From: Meiothermus sp.
GTDB lineage: Bacteria; Deinococcota; Deinococci; Deinococcales; Thermaceae
Direction of reading: 5' to 3'
DNA: 64,000 nt
Assembly (NCBI GenBank): GCA_033762915.1
Contig: JANRLD010000042.1
Span: 192,001 to 256,000 of the forward strand
The position numbers were made by a program, and so were the translations under genes. The notes beneath the pieces were generated by a model. It worked only from the letters and a program-made list of their open reading frames with translations, had not been told where the DNA came from and ran no database searches. Below are positions 49,494 to 58,912 of the stretch, piece after piece. Position 1 is the stretch's first letter. Each line of letters starts with the position of its first letter.

Positions 49494-50564
49494 ATGACTG
49501 AGCAACTGCCTTCGGCCCCCGCCACGCCCGCCAAGCGCGAGGCGCCCCGCTGGCGGCGGCGTCTGCTGCGCAGCCCGCTGGCGATAGCGGGGTTCATCTT
49601 CATCGGCCTCTTCGTCTTCGCGGCGGCTTTCGCGCCGTTCATCGCCCCCTACAGCCCCGTGGAGCAGAACTTGCGCGGCACCTACGTGCCCCCGATGCGC
49701 GTGGAGTTCAGCGGCCCTCAGGGACAGCCCGGCCTGTGGGTGCGGGAGACGGCCCGCACGCCCATGGGCGAGATTTTGCGGGGCGATCAGCTCTATCCGC
49801 TACGCTTCTTTGTGCGGGGCGAGCCGTGGGTCTGGTGGGGCGGTTTGCTGCGCAGCGACCTGCACCTGTTCGGGGTGGACGGCCCGGTGAAGTTTTATTT
49901 GCTGGGCGCGGACGAGCAGGGTCGCGACATCCTGAGCCGCCTGACCTACGGGGCCTGGATTTCGCTGTCGATCGGGCTGATTGCGGTGGCGATCGGGATG
50001 CTGATTGGTGTGCCGGTGGGGCTGATATCTGGCTATTACGGCGGCACCTTCGATCTGATCGTGCAGCGAATCGTGGAAATCATGCTCTCGTTCCCGGGCA
50101 TCCTGCTGGCTATCGTGCTGGTGGCGACGCTGGGAACCGGTCTCACCAACGTGATGATCGCGGTGGGGATCGCCGCCATCCCCATCTACGCCCGGCTGGT
50201 GCGCGGCTCGGTGCTCTCGCTGCGCGACCGCGAGTACGTGGAGGCCAGTCGGGCGCTGGGCAACCGCGACAACCGCATCATGCTGGGGCATATCCTGCCC
50301 AACGCCCTTTCCCCCATCATCGTGCAGTCCAGCTTGCAGATGGCGGTGGCGATCCTGTTCGCGGCGGGCCTGGGCTTTCTGGGCCTGGGGGCCAGGCCGC
50401 CCGAGCCGGAGTGGGGGCTGATGCTGGCCAGGGGGCGCGAGTACCTCGCCACCGCCCCGCACGTCGCCACCTTCCCCGGCCTGGCGATCATGTTCGTGGC
50501 GCTGGGCTTCAACCTGCTAGGCGACGCGCTGCGCGACGCGCTCGACCCCCGCACGACGCGCTGA
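49494..50564 (+). CDS. Peptide ABC transporter permease (DppC/GsiD-like)
   Basis: LGADEQGRDILSRL, EYVEASRALG, HILPN and GDALRDALDP. Confidence 0.93.
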   Translation: MTEQLPSAPATPAKREAPRWRRRLLRSPLAIAGFIFIGLFVFAAAFAPFIAPYSPVEQNLRGTYVPPMRVEFSGPQGQPGLWVRETARTPMGEILRGDQLYPLRFFVRGEPWVWWGGLLRSDLHLFGVDGPVKFYLLGADEQGRDILSRLTYGAWISLSIGLIAVAIGMLIGVPVGLISGYYGGTFDLIVQRIVEIMLSFPGILLAIVLVATLGTGLTNVMIAVGIAAIPIYARLVRGSVLSLRDREYVEASRALGNRDNRIMLGHILPNALSPIIVQSSLQMAVAILFAAGLGFLGLGARPPEPEWGLMLARGREYLATAPHVATFPGLAIMFVALGFNLLGDALRDALDPRTTR

Positions 50565-50659
50565 TCGCGTTTCCCACCCTTACCTCCCTCGCGGCGGCAG
50601 CTAATGTACTCCCTACAGCGGTTTTTGCTGTAGGGAGTATGCGTGGGAACCGCTCTGAG
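50561..50659. repeat. Palindromic MITE/REPIN-like element, copy D
   Basis: CTGATCGCGTTTCCCAC...GCGTGGGAACCGCTCTGAG with an internal TACTCCCTACAGC/GCTGTAGGGAGTA hairpin. Confidence 0.75.
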
Positions 50660-50664
50660 GCAGC

Positions 50665-50967
50665 TCACACCCAGGGAAACACCACCGCCGAGAAGCGAAT
50701 CAGGCTGGCCACGATCAGCCACAGACCGGCCCAAGCCCAGACGTACGGTTGCCGATAGCCTGAGAGGATTAGCAGGCCCAGAATTAGGTCGTTGAACTTG
50801 ATGAACTCCACCCACGGGCGCAGGTCGGGGATGAAGCGCCCCATGAAGCTGGTGCGCATCAAGTCCATGTAGGAGCTGGTGTCGTAGAAGGCCCCCAGGC
50901 TGTTGCTGAGGAAGATGCAGGCCAACCCCAGGCGGATCAGCCAGTGCAGGAGGGGCTCGAGCTTCAT
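50665..50967 (-). CDS. Small membrane protein (DoxX-like)
   Basis: 100 aa, 3-4 hydrophobic segments, LIRLGLACIFL. Confidence 0.6.
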   Translation of the reverse strand: MKLEPLLHWLIRLGLACIFLSNSLGAFYDTSSYMDLMRTSFMGRFIPDLRPWVEFIKFNDLILGLLILSGYRQPYVWAWAGLWLIVASLIRFSAVVFPWV

Positions 50968-51184
50968 AAGCAGGGAGGACCAAGCCCGGCAAAGGCTTTC
51001 GGCCTTGCCCATACCTTACACCCTACCGCGAACCCCTATCCCGCCGCCGTGTTTGTGGGGCCGGCGCTTCCGGAACCTTAGATCGCGCCGGGGTAGGGGG
51101 TCTACGGGACGGGCGGAAGGTGCGACGGGCGCAGTTCCCCAGGGCGTTTCGGGGCGGCGTCTCGCACCTCCACTCCGGAGACTC

Positions 51185-53815
51185 TTAGCTCACCCGCACG
51201 ATCTTCGCCACCGACGGCACGCCCTGGTCGTCAATCAGGAAGAGCATGTAGAAGCCCGGCGGGGCCACGTTGCGGCCGCCGCCCGTGGCCGGCGAGCCGT
51301 ACTCGCTGTCGTAGGGGGCACGCACCTCGAGGCTCCCCCCGCTGGCCGTAAAGTCCAGGCTGAGGAAGCGCTGGTTCTGGTTGAAGGCGTGGGTGGGGAC
51401 GCCCAGCGCGACCAGCGTGACTTTGCGGATGCTGCGGGCGGCGTCGGGGTGCTGCCAGCTCACATTAAAGCGGCTGTTATAGGCGACCGTGGTGTAGGCG
51501 TCGGGGCTGGGGGCAGTGTTGCTCAGGCCGCCGATGATAGGGCGCGGGGCCGGGCTGCCGTCGGGCGAGAAGAGGTAGGCAGGGTAGTAGATCTCGTGGT
51601 TCTTCTGGTTGATCTTTTCGGGCTGGCCGTAGGCGCTGCCGTAGAGTTTTCTGTCCTCCTCGCTGTTGCCGGTCTCGATGTTGCCGGCGCACAGCCCGCA
51701 ACCGCCGCCCGCCGCCGTGAGCACCGTGGCGTCGGGCAGCAGCATGGCGACGGAGTGGTACATGCGCGGCTTCTGGGCGCGGGGGCCGGGGGCGAAGCTG
51801 GGGTTGCCGGGCGTCCAGATTTCGCTGCCGAACACTGCCAGGTCGGGGTTCCAGACCGTGGCCGGGTTGACCGACTTGGGCCACCACTCGGCAGACTGGG
51901 CGGGGGTCATGGGGGTGGCGGGCACCGCGCCGGGGTTTTCGCCGCCGTCCTGCTGGCCGCCGTTGACGAAGACTTTGCCGTCGGCCAGCAGGGTGGCGTT
52001 GAGGTGGGTGCGGCTGTAGGCCATCTGCGGCCCGACGCTCAAGGTGGGGGGAGTGCTCGAGCTGTTCCCCAGGGTCATGTGGAGGGTGGTCTTGCCGTTG
52101 ACCCGGTTGTTGAGTGCCACGATGGTGCGCTGGGCCGGGGTGCCGCCCCACTGGTCGGCGGCGTAGCCCCCGCCAATCACCAGCACCTTGCCTGGCTCGT
52201 ACATCACCGAGGTGCCGTAGACGCGGTGGGCGTCGTAGGGGATGCCCAGGCTGGTGGACTCCCAGGGGCCGTACCAGCGGTCGCCGTTCACGTCGAGGTA
52301 GGCCTTCTGCTTGCCGGCCCCGGTCAGCACCACGGTGCCGTTGGGGGCCACATGGAACCAGGGGTAGTAGTGCTCGAAGCTGGCGATGGCCGAGGCGTTG
52401 GAGTCGAGCATGCTGAGTTCGCCCGACGTCGCGTCGTAGACCTCGAAGCTGTTGTTGTAGGCGGTGCCGAGGTTGTTGGTGTTGATGCCGCGCTCGAGCC
52501 TGCCCGCGACCCCGTTGGCCAGCCCGACCGGGCACCTGCCGCTCTTGGTGCGGCAGGGGTTGGTCTCGGAGCTGACGGAGCCCTCGGTGAAGGCCCCGGC
52601 GGGCATCGGCATGGCGGTTCCCCCGGTGATCAAAACTTTGCCGTCGGGCAGCTTGGTCAGGGTGGGGTACCAGCGGTCGCGCCACATGTCGGGGGCCCTG
52701 GGGGCGGGGCCCGCCAGCCAGGAGCTGGTGGTCGGGTCGAAGAGGTTGGTGTGGATGCTGCCCCACTGCAAACCGATGCCGCCGCCGGCCGTGAAGAAAC
52801 GTCCGTCGGTGAGCACCGTGAAGCCCGCGCAAAACAGGTCGGTGCCCTTGGTCGCGCCCGAGCGGTTCATGTTGCTGCCGTTGCCAAAGCTGGCATCTTC
52901 AAAACTATTGCTGGCGGGGTTCCAGATGGCGACCTGGGTGCCGTCTTCAGACTTGGGAGCATTCTGGCGCAGGCTGATGTCGTGTACGTCGGTGCGCTCG
53001 CGGTAGCGCCCGATGTCGTCGGAGGCGTACCAGCCGATCACCTTGCCGTTGGGCAGCAGGGCCGAGAAGGTGGGTACCACCGGCCAGTTGGGGAAGACGG
53101 GGCCGAAGCAGCCTTTGGTCGAAGCCTCACCCGCCGGGCTGGCGCAGGCCGCCGCGACCGGCACCTCGTTGGTGATCACGAAGCCGCTGCTGCCCGAGGC
53201 ATTGGTGGCCCGCAGACGGTAGCTGTAGGTCAGGCCGCCCGGTACGTTGGTGTCGGTGTACTCCAGCGCGGTCAAGTTCACGGAGTTGCCGAAGGCCCCC
53301 TGGGCGGTGCGGCGCTCGAGGACATAGCCACTGGCCCCAGCGGCCGCCTGCCAAACTACCTTCACGCCGCCGGAGACTGCGTAGGCCATCGCGTTCTGCG
53401 GCACCCCGGGCGCCCCAGGGTCGGGGCTGGGGGTGCTGCCCTTGGCCCCGATCGGCACCCGCTTGTCCGCCGACCAGTTGGAGGGGCCGCTGCCGAGGTT
53501 GGCCTTCACGCGGTAGTAGTAGACCGTGTTGTACGCGCCGCTGGTGTCGGTATAGGCGGCCTGGCCGGGGCGGGCCAACTCGGCGAAGTCCCCGCCTTCG
53601 GCCTTGCGCTGGAGGATGTAGTTGGTGGCCCCGCTGATGGCGTTCCAGTTGAGGTTCACGCTGGGAACCGGGCCGCTGGTGTCTACCATGACGGTCAGGT
53701 TGGAGACTTCGGAGGGGGTGACGGGCTGTGGGCAGGCGGTGAGCAGCAGCAGTAGGGGCAAGGCCAGTATTCCCAGCTTGAGCTTCGGGTTCGGCATAGC
53801 GGCGGTTCCTTTCAT
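51185..53815 (-). CDS. Lipoprotein: Fn3 domains + galactose-oxidase-like copper radical oxidase (Kelch + DUF1929-like)
   Basis: LTAC lipobox, two Fn3 repeats; DLFCAG, RWYPT, RMYHS and THAFNQNQR motifs. Confidence 0.85.
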   Translation of the reverse strand: MKGTAAMPNPKLKLGILALPLLLLLTACPQPVTPSEVSNLTVMVDTSGPVPSVNLNWNAISGATNYILQRKAEGGDFAELARPGQAAYTDTSGAYNTVYYYRVKANLGSGPSNWSADKRVPIGAKGSTPSPDPGAPGVPQNAMAYAVSGGVKVVWQAAAGASGYVLERRTAQGAFGNSVNLTALEYTDTNVPGGLTYSYRLRATNASGSSGFVITNEVPVAAACASPAGEASTKGCFGPVFPNWPVVPTFSALLPNGKVIGWYASDDIGRYRERTDVHDISLRQNAPKSEDGTQVAIWNPASNSFEDASFGNGSNMNRSGATKGTDLFCAGFTVLTDGRFFTAGGGIGLQWGSIHTNLFDPTTSSWLAGPAPRAPDMWRDRWYPTLTKLPDGKVLITGGTAMPMPAGAFTEGSVSSETNPCRTKSGRCPVGLANGVAGRLERGINTNNLGTAYNNSFEVYDATSGELSMLDSNASAIASFEHYYPWFHVAPNGTVVLTGAGKQKAYLDVNGDRWYGPWESTSLGIPYDAHRVYGTSVMYEPGKVLVIGGGYAADQWGGTPAQRTIVALNNRVNGKTTLHMTLGNSSSTPPTLSVGPQMAYSRTHLNATLLADGKVFVNGGQQDGGENPGAVPATPMTPAQSAEWWPKSVNPATVWNPDLAVFGSEIWTPGNPSFAPGPRAQKPRMYHSVAMLLPDATVLTAAGGGCGLCAGNIETGNSEEDRKLYGSAYGQPEKINQKNHEIYYPAYLFSPDGSPAPRPIIGGLSNTAPSPDAYTTVAYNSRFNVSWQHPDAARSIRKVTLVALGVPTHAFNQNQRFLSLDFTASGGSLEVRAPYDSEYGSPATGGGRNVAPPGFYMLFLIDDQGVPSVAKIVRVS

Positions 53816-54210
53816 GGCACCTCGAGGTCGGGCGGCGGGAGGGTATAAAAGTCCCTAAGGTACTGCGGAAGAATTCCGTCTCCCACGCTAAAGGGTAGCC
53901 AGAAGTCAACTTACAGATGTCCCGAAAACGCGGCCCTGACGTAATGTTTAGCGTTAACTGCTGGTGACCTTAAGGAACGCCTCGAGCCTGGCGGGCCGCC
54001 GAACAGCGGTTGCCTGAGTGGCCGACGCAACAGGCTCGAGTGACCTGGAACGTATTCACCCGCCCAAAACCCGTGACAGTATCTCCATAGTGGAATTGCA
54101 GCATCCGCACCCGCCGATGGATCGGCAATTGCGCCCACAAGCCGCTCGCTGATGAGGCTTTGCTGAAGTCCTGCAGTCTCACTATGGCGCAACTACACCG
54201 CAGACCCGCC

Positions 54211-55770
54211 TTAGCGCACCTGGTAAATCCCCACCGTCTTCCCGCCCAGATCGACCGCCACGCTTCCATTCCGAACCCGAAGCGACGGCGGTGCACCCTC
54301 GCCCAGCAGCTCGGCCAGTTGGGCGCCGTCGCTCAGGGCGTCGCGGTCGGCCTCGCTCAGATCGGGGTTGGCTTTCAGGGGAATGGCGATGCCTCCAGAG
54401 CGGAGGGTTCCGTTGTTGATCACTACCAGCAGACGGCTATCTCCCGAGGAGCGCAGAAAGGCGTAGACGTTGGGGTTGGGGTCGGAGTTGTGCCGCCACA
54501 ACTCCACGTAGGCCCCCTCGTAGAGCGCGGGGCTGGCCCGGCGTAGCCCGATCAGCTTCTGCACAAAGCGGAAGGTGCGTCCGGGGTTGGGCAGGGCTTG
54601 GCCCGGATACACCCCGTTGCGCGTTGCCGCGCGCCAAGCCCAGCCCGGCATGTCGCGGCGGTTGTCTGGGTCGGGGCCGCCGTACATGGCCAGCTCGTTG
54701 CCGTAGTAGAGCTGGGGAATCCCTGGCAGGGTGAAGAGGGCCGCCAGCGCCAGGTGATAGCGGCGGCGGATTTCGTCCTCGGGCACGCCCAGGCCCGGCT
54801 CATTGACGAAGCGGGGCACGTCGTGGTTGTCGAGCAGGCTGGTTAGCATCAGGTGGCGCTCGAGGCCCAGAATCCCCAGGTCCTGCCGGACCCTTTCGGC
54901 CACCAGATCCACCGAGCCGCCCTTGGCAAACGCCCCCACCAGTGCCCGGCGCAGCGGGAAGTTGAAGGCCGAGTCGAAGCCCGCCTCGAGGTAGGGCTTA
55001 AGGTCTTGGGCCGACTCCTCGCGAAAGACCTCGGCCACCTTGAAGAGGCCGGGGCTGGCCTGGTTAATGGCGGGAACCCAGCCGTCCTGCCAGTAGGCCA
55101 GCGGGACGTGCTTGGCGGTGTCCATGCGGATGCCATCGAGGGCCAAACGCCGCGCCCAGCCCTGGCTGAGCCGGCTGAGGTACTGCGCGGCCTCGGGCGC
55201 CGACTGGTTGAAATCGGGCAGGCCTGCCAGCGGGCAGTTGACCTCGGGCTCGCCCAGGTTCAAGCAGCCGGGCGAGCGGTGGAACCAGTCGGGCCTTTGT
55301 GCGGTGATGCGCGCCCCGTAGCCGGCGTGGTTCACCACCATGTCGAGGATGAAGCGGATGTTGCTGCTTTTCAGGTCGCGGATCAGGGCGCTGAGGTCGG
55401 CAGCACTGCCGAGCTTGGGCTCGAGCGCCCCGTCGTCGGGCAGGCGGAAGTCGGGCCAGTAGCCGTGGTAGCCGCAGGAGCCCTCGAGGCGGGGGATCTG
55501 CCGGTAGGCGGGCGTCACCCACAGCGCGGTTGCGCCCAACTCGCGCAGGTAGCCGACGCGCTGGCGCAGACCGGCCCAGTCGCCGCCGTGGAACTTGGTG
55601 GGGCTGCGCGGGTCGAAGCAGTCGGCGTAGCCCGCCCGGTCGTTGGCGGGGTTGCCGTTGTGAAAGCGGTCGGGCATCACCAGGTAGATGACTTGCTGTC
55701 GCCAGACGGCCTGATTGACCTGCGCGGAGGCGAAACTGAGCAAAGCCAGGAGCCATATCAGCGTTCGCAT
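54211..55770 (-). CDS. Secreted GH13 alpha-amylase family protein
   Basis: Signal peptide; YHGYW, DMVVNH, GIRMDTAKH, AEVF, LDNHD and GIPQLYYG. Confidence 0.92.
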   Translation of the reverse strand: MRTLIWLLALLSFASAQVNQAVWRQQVIYLVMPDRFHNGNPANDRAGYADCFDPRSPTKFHGGDWAGLRQRVGYLRELGATALWVTPAYRQIPRLEGSCGYHGYWPDFRLPDDGALEPKLGSAADLSALIRDLKSSNIRFILDMVVNHAGYGARITAQRPDWFHRSPGCLNLGEPEVNCPLAGLPDFNQSAPEAAQYLSRLSQGWARRLALDGIRMDTAKHVPLAYWQDGWVPAINQASPGLFKVAEVFREESAQDLKPYLEAGFDSAFNFPLRRALVGAFAKGGSVDLVAERVRQDLGILGLERHLMLTSLLDNHDVPRFVNEPGLGVPEDEIRRRYHLALAALFTLPGIPQLYYGNELAMYGGPDPDNRRDMPGWAWRAATRNGVYPGQALPNPGRTFRFVQKLIGLRRASPALYEGAYVELWRHNSDPNPNVYAFLRSSGDSRLLVVINNGTLRSGGIAIPLKANPDLSEADRDALSDGAQLAELLGEGAPPSLRVRNGSVAVDLGGKTVGIYQVR

Positions 55771-55814
55771 GACCCCACGATACTGCGCGGGGTAAAAGAC
55801 AAGCCAAAGGCGAT

Positions 55815-55875
55815 CTCAGAGCGGTTCCCACGCATACTCCCTCGCGAGAGAGGTAATGGTGGGAAACACGATCAG
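55815..55875. repeat. Palindromic MITE/REPIN-like element, copy E (minimal form)
   Basis: Its reverse complement equals copy D without the internal module. Confidence 0.75.
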
Positions 55876-55896
55876 GCGCGAAGCACCCGCAACCCC

Positions 55897-55938
55897 TTGA
55901 CTTATATCTTATCTGCATATATGCTATATGTAGATAAG
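55897..55938 (+). promoter_or_regulatory. Sigma70 promoter of the NAD operon overlapped by a 14-bp inverted-repeat operator
   Basis: TTGACT-17 bp-TATGCT; CTTATCTGCATATA (55908-55921) / TATATGTAGATAAG (55925-55938); AAGGAGG RBS follows. Confidence 0.7.
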
Positions 55939-55950
55939 GAGGAGTTGTCC

Positions 55951-56432
55951 GTGCCCATCTACTTCTACTCAGCCAAAGAACAGCCCTACGGTTGCTTCTC
56001 TAACTTCTCTGCGCACGGGTTTGAGCTGGATGGCCTCTTCTGGCGCACCAGCGAAGGGGCTTGTGCCCCCCGGCAACGCCGGTACTCAAGCGAACACTAC
56101 TTCCAGGCCCAGAAGTTCGCGGGCCACCTGAGCATGTGAAGGCCATCCGCCTTATGCCAAGCCCCAAACAAGCCGCCAATGCCGGCCGCTCGCGCCAGCG
56201 CCCCCTGCGCCCCGACTGGGAAGCCGTCAAGGATGAGATCATGCGTAAAGCCGTGCTTAAAAAGTTCCAGACCCACCAGAGTATCCGCGAAACGCTGCTG
56301 GCTACCGGGGATGAGGAACTCATAGAGAAAACCACGGGCGACTATTACTGGGGCTGCGGTGCCAACGGCACAGGCAAGAACATGCTCGGCATCATCCTGA
56401 TGGAGACCCGCTCCCTCCTCGCCCCGACCTAG
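55951..56432 (+). pseudogene. NADAR (YbiA-like) family gene with a 39-bp in-frame insertion and a frameshift
   Basis: Frame 1: IYFY...YGCFSNFS...WRTSE[insert]HYFQAQKF then a stop at 56139. Another frame continues IR..SPKQAA...LRPDWEAVK..M...KF..H...LLATG...YWGCG..G.GKNMLG. Confidence 0.8.
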
Positions 56433-56503
56433 CCGCCCGCGCCGACGTCCCTTCGACCCGCAACCCTCCGACCTCGGCCATTAAAGCATCCCAAGGAGGC
56501 CCC

Positions 56504-57889
56504 ATGTTCAACGCCAAAAACCTTATCCTAAACGTGGACTCGTACAAGGCCAGTCACTGGCGGCAGTACCCCAAGGACATGACCTTCGGCTCGTGGTACA
56601 TCGAGAGCCGGGGCGGCGACTCCAACTTCGTGCGATTCTTCGGGCTGCAGGCCTTCTTGATGGAGTACCTGAGTAAGGGTGTGACGGAGGCCGACGTGGA
56701 AGAGGCCCAGACCTTTTTCGCCGCCCACGGCGTGCCCTTCCCTTACGAGGACTGGATGTACATCGCCCGCGACCTGGGGGGCAAGCTGCCGGTGCGCGTC
56801 CGGGCGGTGCCGGAGGGTTCGGTGATCCCCGTCCACAACCCGCTGGTGATTGTCGAGTCCACCGACCCGCGCCTGCCCTGGCTGCCGGGCTGGCTCGAGA
56901 CCGCCCTGCTCCGCGCGGTCTGGTATCCCACCACGGTCTGCACGGTGAGCTGGGAAATCCGGGGCATCATCCAGGCCGCCCTCGAGAAGACCGCCGACGA
57001 CCCCGACAGCGAACTGCCCTTCAAGCTGCACGACTTCGGCGCGCGCGGGGTGAGCAGCCTCGAGAGTGCCGGGCTGGGCGGGATGGCCCACCTGGTCAAC
57101 TTCATGGGCTCCGACACCGTGACCGGGGTGCTGTTCGCCCGCAACTACTACGGCGCCGAGATGGCCGCCTATTCCATCCCCGCGATGGAACACTCTACCG
57201 TCACCAGCTTCGGGCGCGAGGGCGAGCGGCGGGCCTACGCGCAGATGATCGACGCCTACGGCAAGCCAGGCAAAATCTTCGCGATGGTCATAGACTCCTA
57301 CAACCGCGAGCACGCGGTGAGCCAGATTATTGGGCAGGAGCTGCGCGGGGCCATCGTCGCCTCCGGCGCGACCGCGGTGATCCGGCCCGACTCCGGCGAC
57401 CCGCCCTTCGTGGTGCTGCGCACTGTGCAGCAGCTCGAGGCCAAGTTCGGCGCGACCGTCAACGCCAAGGGCTTCAAGGTGCTAAAGCATGTGCGGGTGA
57501 TCCAGGGCGACGGCATCAACGCCGCCAGCATCCGCAAGATTTTGTTTTTGCTCGAGCAGTGGGGCTACAGCGCCTCCAACGTGGCCTTCGGGATGGGGGG
57601 TGCCTTACTTCAAGCGCCGGGCCGCGACACCCAGAAGTTTGCCCAGAAGCTGCACCTGGTTTCGGTAGACGGCTTCACTTACGGCGTGAGCAAAAGCCCC
57701 ATCGACGACGTGGGCAAGACCAGCAAGAAAGGGCGCCTGGACGTGATTAAGGACGAGCGCGGTGTAAGGACGGTTGAACTCGAGGCCGACGAAAACGCCC
57801 ACCACCCGCAGAGCATTCTGCACACCGTGTTCGAGAATGGAGAAGTCCTCAAGCGATACACCTGGGAAGAGGTTCGGGGAAACGGTTGA
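56504..57889 (+). CDS. nadV: Nicotinamide phosphoribosyltransferase (NAMPT/NadV-type)
   Basis: DSYKASH, LHDFGARG, SIPAMEHS, IRPDSGDP, IQGDG and FGMGG. Confidence 0.88.
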   Translation: MFNAKNLILNVDSYKASHWRQYPKDMTFGSWYIESRGGDSNFVRFFGLQAFLMEYLSKGVTEADVEEAQTFFAAHGVPFPYEDWMYIARDLGGKLPVRVRAVPEGSVIPVHNPLVIVESTDPRLPWLPGWLETALLRAVWYPTTVCTVSWEIRGIIQAALEKTADDPDSELPFKLHDFGARGVSSLESAGLGGMAHLVNFMGSDTVTGVLFARNYYGAEMAAYSIPAMEHSTVTSFGREGERRAYAQMIDAYGKPGKIFAMVIDSYNREHAVSQIIGQELRGAIVASGATAVIRPDSGDPPFVVLRTVQQLEAKFGATVNAKGFKVLKHVRVIQGDGINAASIRKILFLLEQWGYSASNVAFGMGGALLQAPGRDTQKFAQKLHLVSVDGFTYGVSKSPIDDVGKTSKKGRLDVIKDERGVRTVELEADENAHHPQSILHTVFENGEVLKRYTWEEVRGNG

Positions 57890-57917
57890 GACGTAGGTAG
57901 GCAAGGGAGGTTCACAT

Positions 57918-58904
57918 ATGACTCAAATTGGAGCAGAAATTATTGCGAGAGAAATGTTCGGTGACGGCGGAGTTGCTTACCTTTCTACACGACTTCAAGA
58001 TCGACTTGAGCCTTACAAAATTGGTATTCGTGTGAACAGTCTCATCGGTGAAGATTTCATAGCCATTAGAGGTCAAGGAAAGACTTGGGATGAAGCAGTT
58101 GCCAGAGCAAAGGAACAGGTCAAAGATCAACAACCATCAACATACCTACAAGATTCTAGAATGAAAGTGCCACCCAAGAAGAAAAAGATTCGTCGCTATA
58201 TAACCCTTGAAAAATACTCTAGGCTCATTGAAACAAACTCTTTGTGGTTTGCACGGGCAGATACTTTGGGAGATCCTTACGAGGGTTCTTTGCCACTGGA
58301 AAACTTACTCAAGCGTCCTACTGAATATGAGCAGCAAGTACGATTTTTCAAGAGTATTGGAATTTCAGTAAAAAGAAGCCTTTTCGAGTATTATCTGGCT
58401 GTTTCAGAATCGTTTGCAAAAGCTCGCCTCAATATGTTTATTAGCTGTTGGCAAGTTAGCGATTATGAATCAGAGAGCATGTGGAAAGCATATACCCCAG
58501 GTGATCAGGGAGTATGTATTGAATCAGATTTCCTGTCACTAAAAGCCTCCTTAATTTCAAAGTTCTATCCTCCGATTTCAGCAGGCTTAGTAAAATACGT
58601 TGATTTCGAAACAGAAGAAATTGATTCCAACAATCCTCATAGTGTCGTATCAACAAAGCGAAAGGAATTCGAATCAGATAAAGAATTGAGAGCTATTCTT
58701 TTTCAACCCCAATTCGGTAATAAATCTCCTTTCGAGATTCCGAGGGGAATTCAAGTCACGGTAGATACAAGAAAATTGATTCATAGAGTGATTGTTAATC
58801 CTTATGCAAACGAATCTACCTTAAATACCCTCAAACAAATCTGTGAGAAGCATGGCCTTACAGCACCCGTTCAATCTAAACTCTCCAACCCCGTTCGTTT
58901 TTAG
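57918..58904 (+). CDS. AT-rich DUF2971-like protein
   Basis: LWFARAD..GDPYEG, ISCW....ESESMWKAY, GVCI and KRKEFESDKELR; much lower GC than its neighbours. Confidence 0.65.
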   Translation: MTQIGAEIIAREMFGDGGVAYLSTRLQDRLEPYKIGIRVNSLIGEDFIAIRGQGKTWDEAVARAKEQVKDQQPSTYLQDSRMKVPPKKKKIRRYITLEKYSRLIETNSLWFARADTLGDPYEGSLPLENLLKRPTEYEQQVRFFKSIGISVKRSLFEYYLAVSESFAKARLNMFISCWQVSDYESESMWKAYTPGDQGVCIESDFLSLKASLISKFYPPISAGLVKYVDFETEEIDSNNPHSVVSTKRKEFESDKELRAILFQPQFGNKSPFEIPRGIQVTVDTRKLIHRVIVNPYANESTLNTLKQICEKHGLTAPVQSKLSNPVRF

Positions 58905-58912
58905 GCAACAGT

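Noticed and set aside
46755..50564. Peptide ABC operon lacking ATPase genes as an anomaly
   Set aside because: Sharing ATPases encoded elsewhere is common, so this is not informative without the rest of the genome.
50903..53755. 950-aa plus-strand ORF and similar long antisense ORFs (7216-9096, 13218-15113, 44598-46373, 46638-48335)
   Set aside because: These are shadow ORFs opposite well-supported genes, expected from high-GC codon bias, and carry no motifs.
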